Positions 35,714 through 47,824 of a stretch of DNA of 64,000 nt are shown piece after piece. The position numbers were made by a program, and so were the translations under genes. The stretch's first letter is position 1. The number at the start of each line of letters is the position of its first letter. This stretch comes from Gammaproteobacteria bacterium (GTDB taxonomy: Bacteria > Pseudomonadota > Gammaproteobacteria > JABABF01): the NCBI GenBank assembly GCA_965237805.1, contig OZ250153.1:1600001-1664000 (forward strand). Reading direction: 5' to 3'. The notes under the pieces are model-generated. The model worked only from the letters and a program-made list of their open reading frames with translations. It was not told where the DNA came from and did no database searches.

Positions 35714-36439
35714 CTAGGTCACCGTGGCCGAGCCGAGTAACCACCAAGCGGCGAGCGCGAGCAATATCAGTGCCGTGGACAGCGCCATCAGTGCGCGCCA
35801 GTTCCCCATCAGTCGGCGCAGCTGTTCTTCGCTCAGGCGTGATGCCACGCCGCTGATGATGGCGAAGCGCGCGCCGCGCCCGCAGCCCGACGCGATGATG
35901 AAGCCCAGCAAGGGCTGCGCCATCACACCTGCGGTGAAGGTGAACAGCTTGAAGGGCAGCGGCGTGAAGCCGACGATCAGCAGCGCCCACACCCCCCAGC
36001 GGTGGAACCAGGAGCGTGCGGTGTCGAAGTGCGCGGCGTAGCTGGGGTGCCGGTAAAGCCACGGCTCCAGCCACTCGAAGAAGAAGCTGCCGATGGCGTA
36101 GCAGCACAGCCCGCCCAGCACTGAGCACAGCGTCGCCAGCAATGCCAGCTGCCACCAGCGCCTGGGCTGCGCCAAAGCCATCGGTGCCAAGATGGCATCG
36201 GGCGGCACCGGCAGGATGATCGCCTCGCTCCAACTGACAAATACCAGCGTCCAGACGGCGTAGCGGTGGCGGGCTGCGGACAGCGCCCAAGTCATCATCG
36301 CCGAGCTCCAAGCCTTCCAGTCCGAGCTCAGTGCCTGATCGGCGGCGGTAGTTGCCCTTGCCGCCACAGCTGGCTCGCTCTCCGCATTGCTCGTCTGAGC
36401 CAGAGCTGGTTGCAGCTCCGGAGAAGATGACTCTGCCAT
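35714..36439 (-). CDS. YqaA/DedA-family (VTT domain) membrane protein
   Basis: SWSEAIILPVPPD, SVLGG...YAIG, GFTPLPFKLFT, GRGARF; hydrophobic. Confidence 0.88.
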   Translation of the reverse strand: MAESSSPELQPALAQTSNAESEPAVAARATTAADQALSSDWKAWSSAMMTWALSAARHRYAVWTLVFVSWSEAIILPVPPDAILAPMALAQPRRWWQLALLATLCSVLGGLCCYAIGSFFFEWLEPWLYRHPSYAAHFDTARSWFHRWGVWALLIVGFTPLPFKLFTFTAGVMAQPLLGFIIASGCGRGARFAIISGVASRLSEEQLRRLMGNWRALMALSTALILLALAAWWLLGSATVT

Positions 36440-36510
36440 GGTAGTCTGCCCCTCATGTTGCAGCATCCGCAACGAGTCAGCTATGATGCATTCTAGCACT
36501 GGGGGCGGCC

Positions 36511-36540
36511 TTGCTAAGGCTCCAAAACATGGGCTATAAT
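36511..36540 (+). promoter_or_regulatory. Putative sigma70 promoter of the 23S-5S unit
   Basis: TTGCTA-18 bp-TATAAT, about 310 bp upstream of the 23S start. Confidence 0.55.
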
Positions 36541-36849
36541 AGCCGTCTAATCTCCTGCCCAAGTGGTTGGAGACTGCTATTTGTCAACTGGTAGAGCCAA
36601 GGTGCGTGGCTGCCCGCAAGGGTACGCCGCGCAAATAAATCGCTTATATAGAAGCGAATTTTTAGCTGATAGATAATTAGTTAATGGGTTTTATTAAGGG
36701 CATGTGCCCTATTAATGCGCATGTCCGGCGAAATAAGATCGCGGGTGCCAGCAAGTAGCTCGGCAACCCGCCTCTGTGATCTCAACGCCCCATAGAGTGG
36801 GCGTTTACCCAGTCTGGTGACACTTCGGTGCCGCTGTTCCGGGTGATAG

Positions 36850-39786
<2,937 letters not shown>

Positions 39787-39889
39787 TATCACCCGGGCCA
39801 GTGGCCCGGACCGGATATGCGTTGTAGCGCGCATCCCTTGATAGCCCATGCGCCGCTTTTGCGGCGGCCTCGGCTCTACCAACCTTTTA

Positions 39890-40008
39890 TGCCTGATGAA
39901 CACAGAGCGCTGGTCCCACCCGATCCCATTCCGAACTCGGCAGTGAAATGGCGTATCGCCGATGGTAGTGCGGGGTCTCCCCGTGTGAGAGTAGGACATC
40001 GTCAGGCA
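39890..40008 (+). rRNA. rrf: 5S rRNA
   Basis: TGCCTGATG...CCCATTCCGAACTCGGCAGTGAAA...GATGGTAGTG...GAGAGTAGG...CGTCAGGCA with complementary ends. Confidence 0.96.
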
Positions 40009-40021
40009 CCCTTGGCGCGCC

Positions 40022-40054
40022 GCCGCCCCAGACCAGGGGCGGCAGCCTTTTTTT
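40022..40054 (+). terminator. Rho-independent terminator after 5S
   Basis: GCCGCCCC-AGACCA-GGGGCGGC stem followed by AGCC and a T7 run. Confidence 0.8.
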
Positions 40055-40187
40055 GTGGCCTCCCTGTCGCGGAAGTCACTGCAATCCGGCTCTGAGGATC
40101 GGCTGGCGTTGCAGCTGTAATTCGCTGTTGTACGCCGCCTCTACGGACTGCGCCACCGTCTCCGAGCGGAGCGTTGCGAAGACACCC

Positions 40188-41086
40188 ATGGCAAAAAACA
40201 GGCGCGACTTCGTAACGCGGGCAAGGAACTGGTTGCAGAACAACAAACACCACTTTGAGGATCTGCCTATCTTTGTGGTCGGCATGGGCCATTCGGGCAC
40301 AAGCGCACTTTGCCAAGCCTTGCAACGGCATTCCCAAGTGAGGATGCTAGCCAAGAGGCCCCGCTATTTGGAGATCTGGGGCAGATGGCTTTCCGCTACG
40401 GTTGCGAGCCCTCAGTATTAGGCAATCCTTATGTGCCGGGTTCGGTGAAGATCAGTGCGGAACAGTTTGGCAAGATGCTCAGGGATTTATGCTACCGTTG
40501 CGCTTTCGGCACCACCTCCCCGGGTTTGAAAGGCTTGCTGGTTTGGCGCAACCGACATCCGCAGTACCGCGGTCACGGCCCCAAAAAATACTGGGGCATC
40601 AAAACCTTCCCTAATGAGCAGCAGGCTGCAGGCTTGCGGTGGCTCTATCCGCAGGCTAAATTCCTGCTCATCGTCAGAAACGGCATGGATGTCGTGCAAT
40701 CGATGTCGGGCTATGGTTATTACTCGCAACAGTCCTTCGAAGAGCGTTGCCGCACTTGGAATACGGTGATGATGAGCTATCGCTTCCTCGGAGACCGTGC
40801 CGAGGCGCTGACCTTGGGCTTCGAGGATTTGCTGGGGGACCCTGCAGCGGTTTTGGCACGCGTTTGGGGTCATTTAGAGCTGGCTGCGGATCCCGCGCCA
40901 GCACATTTCCTATCCTCCACTTTTGTCCACACCCAAAACAACCCGGTAATAAAGGAAAGCGACCCGCTGGTACAGCTGCGCAATCGCTCAGCGGCTTATC
41001 AGGATTGGAGTAGCGAAGAAAAAGCTGTTTTCAAGGAGCTGTGCGCAGAATCCATGGCCGAGCTCCGTTACGACATACCGTTTTGA
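40188..41086 (+). pseudogene. PAPS-dependent sulfotransferase with a 1-bp frameshift near 40353
   Basis: 5'-PSB motif PIFVVGMGHSGTS in the frame starting at 40188; WGIKT and 3'-PB IVRNGMDVVQS plus FEDLLGDP in ORF 40310..41086. Confidence 0.8.
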
Positions 41087-41139
41087 GCGGTGATCGAAAA
41101 AGCAAGGCTGATCATTGCACGAAGCCACAGCCCGCCGCT

Positions 41140-41670
41140 TTAATCCACCACTTCGTGCTTTGAGGGCAGATACCGTTGCAGTGGGTATTTATTCTCGGTG
41201 CATTTCATGCGCTGGATGGCGCTGCTATGCACTTTGGCACCGTCAGGGAGTTTGCGCCGTTTGGGTTGGAGTCTACGCCAGGGCAGCTTCTTCGCTTCGT
41301 CATGCGGCTTGTCATGGGAATCAGCTCGATAGGACTGTTGGCGCAATGCTTGGCGGTTGATTGTTAGACCACGTGCCAGTGCTTTGTGCGCCATCCACTG
41401 CAATGCGCAGTTCGAGAGCCCGCACTCAGCGTAGCCGCCGCCCACATCCGAATGTGATCCGGCAAACCACAGCTGTTCTATAGTCTGCTTCGGTGTTTGT
41501 CGGCTTTCATCCCACAGGGAGGGCTTAAAAGCCGTGCGCCTTTCGTCGATGGCCAGTGCATGGTAGGCAAAGGGGATATCAGGGTTCAGCCGGGCATCGT
41601 GAAAGCGGTGGCGCAGCCGCAGCGGCTCGCAGCGTCCCCCGGCTTGCGGCGCCAGCGTCGCGCCGCTGCG
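41140..41670 (-). pseudogene. Chimeric remnant: lipoprotein C-terminal fragment fused to the 3' half of a DUF2235 paralog
   Basis: RSGATLAPQAGGRCEPLRLR (cf. 44548..44607) joined to RFHDARLNP...HALAIDERR...WFAGSHSDVGGGY...HEVVD* (cf. 43468..43928). Confidence 0.85.
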
Positions 41671-41781
41671 CGTGGGCGGACTATTTGGCCCACCGCCGCC
41701 GAGCGCATCGCCAGCCTGTTGCCTATTCTTAGGTTGATCTGATATGATGAAAATCTTGCGAGACCAGCTGGAGCCAAGTCG

Positions 41782-43110
41782 ATGAAAGCTATTCCACAGG
41801 TGAGCGGTGCCCAGGGCGAAATGGGTCATTTCGCGGAGTTCTGTGCCAACCCGGCACTGTTTCTCAAACGTGCGCACAAGGAAAACGGCGAGCTGTGCGA
41901 GTTCGACTTGGCTGGCCTTAAAACGGTGCTGATGGTTTCTGCCCAAGCGCAGGAACTGGTTTTCCGGGCACCGGATGAGCAGCTCAATGCCGCCGCGGCC
42001 TACCAGCTGATGGTGCCGGTTTTTGGTGAGGGCATCCAGTACGGGGCACCTCCGGAGATCGAGCGCCAGCAGCTCAAAATGCAGGCACGGGGTCTGCGGC
42101 AGGACCGCATGAAAACCTATGCCGCGATCATCGCCCAGGAAGTGGAAGACTGGATCGGCAGCTGGGGAGATGAGGGCGAGCTCAATATTTATGAGGCCTT
42201 TACCCGGCTGACCCTGAAGACCTCCACTCACTGCCTGATGGGGGCGGATTTTCGCTCGACCATGACCGAAGAATTCGCCGAGCTCTACCACGACTTGGAA
42301 TCGGCGGTCAGTCCCGAGGCCCTGCGCGACCCCGACGACGCACAGGATGCTGTCTTTGTACAGCGCGATAAGGCGCGGGCTAGGCTCGGTGAACTGATCA
42401 GCGAGCGTGTCGCCCAGCGCCGGGCCAGTGGCGTAGTCCACGAGGATATGTTGCAGATCTATATTGATGCGACTTATCAGGATGGCCGCCCGCTCAGCGA
42501 CCATGAAATTACCGGCATGGTGATCTGGTTCATGTTTGCCGGTCATCACACCAGTGGCAATACCTCCAGCTGGACGGCGGTGGAGCTGGCCAAGAACCCA
42601 GCACTGGCCGCCGAGATCACCGCCGAGATCAAAGCGCTCTACCGCCAAACCAGTGAGCTGAGTCGCACCGCCCTCAAGACGATCCCCAAGCTGGAGGCGT
42701 TCATCATGGAAACCCTGCGCCTGCACCCGCCCTTGGTGACGCTGACCCGGCGGGTGATGCAGGACTTTGAGTACAAGGGCTATCCCATCACGGTTGGCAA
42801 GAATGTCATGGTCTCGCCCTATGTGGCGCACCGGCTACCGGAGCATTTCCCTGATCCGGAGCGCTTCGATCCCTCCCGCCAGGAGCCGGACAATGTGTTT
42901 GCGTTTATCCCCTTTGGCGGTGGCCACCGCAAATGTGTCGGCAATGCCTTTGCCATTCTGCAGGTCAAGGCCATCTTTTGTGCGCTGCTGCATCACTACC
43001 GCTTTGAGCTGGTGGATGCGCCGGAGACTTACACCGATGTCATGCCCTCGCTGATCCTGCGCCCCAGCGACCCCTGTCTACTGCGTTATCGGCGTCAAGA
43101 GGCCGCCTGA
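41782..43110 (+). CDS. cyp51: Cytochrome P450, CYP51 (sterol 14-alpha-demethylase) family
   Basis: Resembles mycobacterial CYP51B1: P.VSG...GH..EF, AY..M.PVFGEG, MFAGHHTS (CYP51 I-helix signature), ETLRLHPPL, PFGGGHRKCVG heme motif. Confidence 0.9.
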   Translation: MKAIPQVSGAQGEMGHFAEFCANPALFLKRAHKENGELCEFDLAGLKTVLMVSAQAQELVFRAPDEQLNAAAAYQLMVPVFGEGIQYGAPPEIERQQLKMQARGLRQDRMKTYAAIIAQEVEDWIGSWGDEGELNIYEAFTRLTLKTSTHCLMGADFRSTMTEEFAELYHDLESAVSPEALRDPDDAQDAVFVQRDKARARLGELISERVAQRRASGVVHEDMLQIYIDATYQDGRPLSDHEITGMVIWFMFAGHHTSGNTSSWTAVELAKNPALAAEITAEIKALYRQTSELSRTALKTIPKLEAFIMETLRLHPPLVTLTRRVMQDFEYKGYPITVGKNVMVSPYVAHRLPEHFPDPERFDPSRQEPDNVFAFIPFGGGHRKCVGNAFAILQVKAIFCALLHHYRFELVDAPETYTDVMPSLILRPSDPCLLRYRRQEAA

Positions 43111-43113
43111 GCT

Positions 43114-43386
43114 ATGGGCTGTTACCGCATCAAGCTCGATATGCAGCTGTGCCAAGGGCACGGCGAGTGCGCCGAAGAGGCACCGGAGGTCTTCTCGGTG
43201 GATTATGAGCGGGGCGGCTACCCCAAGGTCAGGGTGTCGCAGGCCATGCCCGCTGAGCGTTTTCGTGAACAGGTCGAGGCCGCCGCCAAGTATTGCCCGA
43301 ACCGGGTCATACAGGTGATTGACCTAGACGATGAGCAGCAGCAATGCACCGATCAGGTCGATCAATCCGGCACCGGCCCTGGTTGA
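43114..43386 (+). CDS. 3Fe-4S ferredoxin, P450 partner
   Basis: CQGHGEC...CP motif (CxxHxxC type, as in the ferredoxin next to mycobacterial cyp51). Confidence 0.88.
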   Translation: MGCYRIKLDMQLCQGHGECAEEAPEVFSVDYERGGYPKVRVSQAMPAERFREQVEAAAKYCPNRVIQVIDLDDEQQQCTDQVDQSGTGPG

Positions 43387-43467
43387 AGCTTGTGGCGATC
43401 CCGAGGCGATGATGGAGTGGCATCGCAGCTGGACACGATCTGTCTGTTCTGCGCCGCCAGCTCTGTT

Positions 43468-44436
43468 TTAGTCCACCACCTCGTAGTCCGCGGGCAGCTG
43501 GGGGCGGTAGTGATGCTCGCTCCGCTCCATGCGCTCGCTGACGCTGCGGTGCAACTTGGCACTCTCCGGGATGCGCCGCCGTCGGCTGCCGCGCGCACGC
43601 CACAGGGCTTTGCGCGACTCGTCGTGCTGCTCACAGTGCGGGTTGGCACGATGTTGTCGCATCAATGTCCGGCGATCCAATCGCACCCCGCAGGCCAGCG
43701 CTTTGCGCGCCATCCATTGCAGCGCCCCGTCGGCCAGCCCACAGGCTTCGTAGCCGCCTCCCACATCCGAATGCGCCCCCGGGAACCACAGCTGCTCGAT
43801 AGTCTGTGCGGGCGTTTTGCCGCTCTCATCCCATAGGCAGGGCGGAAAGTCCTTGCGTTTTTCATCGATCGACACGGCGTGATAGCCGAAGCACACTGCG
43901 GGGTTCAGCGCGTGGTCGTGGAAGCGGTCGCCAGCATTTGCCCGCAGCGATGCCACGGTATCCCAGACGCCGATGAAATACACCGGGCAGGGGCGCGCAA
44001 ACACCGTCTTGAAGCTGGCCGCGATCGCCGCGTTGTCGGCGGTGTTGTAGAGCTTGCCAGCGTACTCCACCATATTGTCCAGATCGTCTCGCAACAGCCC
44101 TACCTTGTGCAACATGCCAGCCAGTGAGCGCGCGGTGAACGCGCCGCGAGAAAAGCCGAAAAGATAGATGCGATCGTCCGCCCGATAGTGCCGCATCAAA
44201 TAGCGGTAGGCATCTTGCACATTTTTTTGCACACCGGCACCGCTGGCTTTGTCCCATGCGCCGCGCAGATTTTGCGTGCTGTATTCCCAGCCCCCGGTGC
44301 CCACGCCCGGATCGTAAAAAGCTAATTGATTGGCATCTTTTTGTAGCAACGAGTACAGCTTGACCACATTGCTGTTGATCGCGCCGTACTCATTGCCGGT
44401 GCCGTCACAACATAGAACGATATTGCGCACGGTCAC
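43468..44436 (-). CDS. DUF2235 / Tle1-like alpha/beta hydrolase (phospholipase-like)
   Basis: NIVLCCDGTGN, SNVVKL, YDPGVGT, IYLFGFSRGAFTAR, GVWDTV, HAVSIDE, WFPGAHSDVGGG. Confidence 0.92.
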   Translation of the reverse strand: MTVRNIVLCCDGTGNEYGAINSNVVKLYSLLQKDANQLAFYDPGVGTGGWEYSTQNLRGAWDKASGAGVQKNVQDAYRYLMRHYRADDRIYLFGFSRGAFTARSLAGMLHKVGLLRDDLDNMVEYAGKLYNTADNAAIAASFKTVFARPCPVYFIGVWDTVASLRANAGDRFHDHALNPAVCFGYHAVSIDEKRKDFPPCLWDESGKTPAQTIEQLWFPGAHSDVGGGYEACGLADGALQWMARKALACGVRLDRRTLMRQHRANPHCEQHDESRKALWRARGSRRRRIPESAKLHRSVSERMERSEHHYRPQLPADYEVVD

Positions 44437-44481
44437 CCTCAGCGTAGCAGTCGGTGGGACGACAGTGCCGACACATCCCCG

Positions 44482-45021
44482 CTAGATGCGGTGCCTGGGG
44501 CCACAGCAGTGGCGTGGTTCGCGCAGCTCCTGAGGTGCCTGTGGGCGGCGCAGCTGCAAAGGCTCGCAGCGCCCCCCAGCCTGTGGGATCAGGATGGCCT
44601 CGCTGCGTTCGTGCGGCGTCAATTCCATCAGCGCACCGCTGATCTTGTCTATCCCGGCCATGATAAAGCCGCCGATCATCACCATATTGAAGGCGGTGAA
44701 GCTCTTGCCGCGGGGGCTGAGCTGGGTGCCGATCTCAAGCTCGACTGGCTCGTGGCAGTCTTTGTAGAGTCGCACGTGCAGCGCTTGTTTGCGCTTCAGG
44801 CGCAGCTGACATGGGGTGGTGCAGCGCTTGCCGTTGGAGAGCAGTGCGGTGGCACCCGCTGGCGCGCTGGTGATGACATAGTCCTGCCGCGTGCCCAGCG
44901 CCAGTGTGCCACAACCGCTGAGCGTCAGCACCGCAACCACAGCCGCCATCGCCATGCGGCGGTGGCCGCCGCTAGGACGCTGCGGGCGACGGGAGACCGA
45001 GACGAATTGCAAGCGCAGCAT
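44482..45021 (-). CDS. Putative lipoprotein with a PEGA-like domain (start may be ~44955)
   Basis: Lipobox LSGC after a hydrophobic stretch; ITSAPAGA...CTTPCQLRLKRK; second hydrophobic Gly-rich segment. Confidence 0.7.
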   Translation of the reverse strand: MLRLQFVSVSRRPQRPSGGHRRMAMAAVVAVLTLSGCGTLALGTRQDYVITSAPAGATALLSNGKRCTTPCQLRLKRKQALHVRLYKDCHEPVELEIGTQLSPRGKSFTAFNMVMIGGFIMAGIDKISGALMELTPHERSEAILIPQAGGRCEPLQLRRPQAPQELREPRHCCGPRHRI

Positions 45022-45122
45022 GGCGCAAGATTATAGGCGCAGCGCAGCGCCCCGCGCCGTCAGTCCCCGGGGGCGCCATAGTAAAATGATTGTTCTGCGT
45101 TTTTGTCGCCATCCAGTCCTCC

Positions 45123-46010
45123 ATGCCCGCAGACAAAACCATGAGTGCTGCCGATGTCGTCGCCGAGCTGCGTGACAGCATGACCATCGGCATCGGTGGT
45201 TGGGGTGGACGGCGCAAGCCGATGGCGCTGGTGCGCGAGATCTTGCGCTCACCACTGCGCGATTTGGAAGTGATCAGCTATGGTGGCCCGGAAGTCGGCA
45301 TGCTGTGCGCGTCCGGCAAGCTGCGCCGGCTGGTCTACGGCTTTGTCTCGCTGGATGTGATCCCACTGGAAGCACATTTCCGCCGTGCTCGCCAAGCTGG
45401 CAAGCTGGCTGTGATGGAGCTCGACGAGGGTCTGGTGCAATGGGGTCTGCGGGCGGCCGCCATGCGCCTGCCCTTCCTGCCAGCCCGCACCGGCTTGGGC
45501 AGTGATCTGATGCGCGTCAACCCGCAGCTGAGCACGGTGCGCTCTCCTTACAGCGATGGCGAGGAGCTGTTGGCCATGCCAGCGCTGACGCTGGATGTGG
45601 CGCTGTTGCATGTCAATCGCGCCGATCGCCGCGGCTCCAGCCAACTGCTCGGCCCCGACCCCTTCTTCGACGAACTCTTCGCCCGCGCCGCAGCGCGTTG
45701 TTATATCAGTTGCGAGTCGCTGGTCGAGACCGGCGATTTCGACAATGCCGAGCAGGCCCGCATCGCGATGCCCATCGAACGCTCCTTGGTCAACGGTGTC
45801 GTCGAGGCACCGTGGGGGGCGCATCCGACTTCCTGCGCACCGCACTATGGCATCGATGTCGCCCATCTCAAGGAGTATTCGGCCACCGCTGGCGATGACG
45901 GGGCTTGGGCGGCGTGGCGACAGCGGTGGATCGACTGCTCGCCAGCGGACTATTTGGCGGCGGCCGGCGGGGCGGAACACATCTCCAGCCTGCCGCTGCC
46001 GGTGTTTTGA
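45123..46010 (+). CDS. ipdA: IpdA-like CoA-transferase-fold ring-cleaving hydrolase alpha subunit (steroid C/D-ring catabolism)
   Basis: GIGGWGGRRKPMALVREILRS, YGGPEVG, YGFVSLD, ELDEG, LPFLP.R.GLGSD, GAHPTSC. Confidence 0.88.
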   Translation: MPADKTMSAADVVAELRDSMTIGIGGWGGRRKPMALVREILRSPLRDLEVISYGGPEVGMLCASGKLRRLVYGFVSLDVIPLEAHFRRARQAGKLAVMELDEGLVQWGLRAAAMRLPFLPARTGLGSDLMRVNPQLSTVRSPYSDGEELLAMPALTLDVALLHVNRADRRGSSQLLGPDPFFDELFARAAARCYISCESLVETGDFDNAEQARIAMPIERSLVNGVVEAPWGAHPTSCAPHYGIDVAHLKEYSATAGDDGAWAAWRQRWIDCSPADYLAAAGGAEHISSLPLPVF

Positions 46011-46822
46011 TGAACGCCTCCGCACCGCAGGAGCCAGCCCAGAGCAGCCTCAGCGAGCTGTGCATCGCCGCCGCCGCCGAGGCCTGGCGCGACGATGGCG
46101 AGGTGCTGGCCACCGGCATCGGCTTGGTGCCGCGCCTCGCCGCCAGCTTGGCGATGGCCAGCTTCAATCCCGATCTGATGATGACCGACGGCGAGGCCTA
46201 TTTGGTGTCCGAGCCGGTGCCTGTTGGCCCGCGCGGCGACTACCGCCCGCGCATCGAGGGCTGGATGCCCTACGCCCGTGTCTTCGATAACCTCTGGGGC
46301 GGTCGCCGCCACGCCATGGTGATGCCGGTGCAGCTCGACCGCTACGGGCAGAGCAATATCAGCTGCATCGGCGACGACTTCCAGCGTCCCAAGGCACAGT
46401 TGCTGGGCTGTCGCGGCTTTCCCGGCAACACCGTCCACCACGCCAACTCGATGTTCATCCAGCAGCACAACCGGCGCGCCTTCGTCGCGGGCGAGGTCGA
46501 TATGGTGGCCGGCATCGGCTACCGGCCCGAGCGCCTGGGCGCAGGCCAGCGCACCTTTGTCGATCTGCGCTTGGTGGTCAGCAATCTCTGTGTGCTGGAT
46601 TTTGGCGGTGTCGACCACGCCATGCGTTTGTGCTCGCTCCATCCCGGGGTGGACTTGGCCGAAGTGCTGGACAACACCGGCTTTGCGCTAGAATGCCCAG
46701 AACAGTTGCCGACCACGCCGCTGCCGTCGCCGGAGCAGCTCGAGCTGATTGCCCAGCTCGACCCACACGGCTTGCGCGCACGGGTGTGGCCGGATGACCC
46801 GCCCGCCGTGCGCGACGACTGA
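46010..46822 (+). CDS. ipdB: IpdB-like beta subunit
   Basis: ELCIAAAAEAWRDDGE, MTDGEA, EGWMPY, GRRHAM, Q.DRYG..NISCIG, RGFPGNT; TGATG overlap with ipdA. Confidence 0.88.
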   Translation: MNASAPQEPAQSSLSELCIAAAAEAWRDDGEVLATGIGLVPRLAASLAMASFNPDLMMTDGEAYLVSEPVPVGPRGDYRPRIEGWMPYARVFDNLWGGRRHAMVMPVQLDRYGQSNISCIGDDFQRPKAQLLGCRGFPGNTVHHANSMFIQQHNRRAFVAGEVDMVAGIGYRPERLGAGQRTFVDLRLVVSNLCVLDFGGVDHAMRLCSLHPGVDLAEVLDNTGFALECPEQLPTTPLPSPEQLELIAQLDPHGLRARVWPDDPPAVRDD

Positions 46823-46867
46823 AGCGGTGTGCGGCGAGTGCGGTGACGATCAAACAACAACAGCGCC

Positions 46868-47746
46868 GTGGTGGCGACGCAGGATAGCAACATCATGACT
46901 GACAGTACAACAGAGCAAGGACATCCCTCTTTGGCTGCTCGCACGGCGCTGGTCACCGGCGGCGGCGATGGCATCGGCGGTGCCATCTCACGGCGCTTGG
47001 CAGCTGCCGGTGCCCGCGTGGTCATCGCCGAGATCGACCGCGAGCGCGGCCAGCGAGCGCTGGCTGAGATCGAGGCCAGCGGCGGCCAAGCGCTGCTCTG
47101 TGAGGGCGACATCCGCGATCGCGACACGGTCGCATCCGTCACCCGCCAAGCGCTGGAATACGGCGATGGGGTGGTCGATATCTTGATCAACAATGTCGGC
47201 CACTACAAGCCCTACAAAGTGTTCGCGCTGTCCGACGAGGACGATTGGGAGACGCAGTACCAGATCAGCTTCCTGCATGTATTGCGTTGCACCCGCGCCC
47301 TGTTGCCGGCCATGCTGGAGCGCGGTCGGGGTGCTATCGTCAATGTCTCCACCGTCGAGGCCTTCCGCGGCATCCCCGGCAATGCCGTCTACTCGGCGCT
47401 CAAGGCGGGCTTGGTCAATTTCACCCGCAGCTTGGCGGTCGAGGTCGGCGGCCAAGGGGTGCGGGTCAACGCCGTTGCCCCCGATCTGACGCACACGCCG
47501 CAGACGCCGATGCGCGACTGGCATCCCGACCCGGATATGGTCCGCTGTTGGGTGCCGCTGGGGCGCTTCTCCGAGCCCGAGGAGCAGGCCGACGCGGTGC
47601 TCTTCTTGGCCTCCGATCAGGCGCGTTTTATCACCGGCCAGACCCTGTGCGTCGACGGCGGCACCAGTGCTGCCTCCGGCTGGTACCGCACCGACCCGAG
47701 CCAAGACAAATGGAGCAACACGCCCTATTTTGCGCCGGCGGATTAG
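46868..47746 (+). CDS. Short-chain dehydrogenase/reductase (alternative start 46895)
   Basis: TGGGDGIG, INNVG, YSALK, ITGQTLCVDGG. Confidence 0.9.
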   Translation: MVATQDSNIMTDSTTEQGHPSLAARTALVTGGGDGIGGAISRRLAAAGARVVIAEIDRERGQRALAEIEASGGQALLCEGDIRDRDTVASVTRQALEYGDGVVDILINNVGHYKPYKVFALSDEDDWETQYQISFLHVLRCTRALLPAMLERGRGAIVNVSTVEAFRGIPGNAVYSALKAGLVNFTRSLAVEVGGQGVRVNAVAPDLTHTPQTPMRDWHPDPDMVRCWVPLGRFSEPEEQADAVLFLASDQARFITGQTLCVDGGTSAASGWYRTDPSQDKWSNTPYFAPAD

Positions 47747-47824
47747 GCCATGTCGCCCGCGTGAGGTGGCATGTAGCGTGCGATAGCCAGCGAGGGCCAA
47801 GTGGCGCGTTGCGGGTGGTGATGG

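Noticed and set aside
35133-36311. 392-aa minus-strand ORF
   Set aside because: It is a chance fusion of an alternative yqaA frame, antisense ALDH echo and IS1595/P63C fragments.
41140-42831. 563-aa minus-strand ORF as a real gene
   Set aside because: About two thirds is antisense to cyp51; only the last ~175 codons are a genuine remnant, annotated separately.
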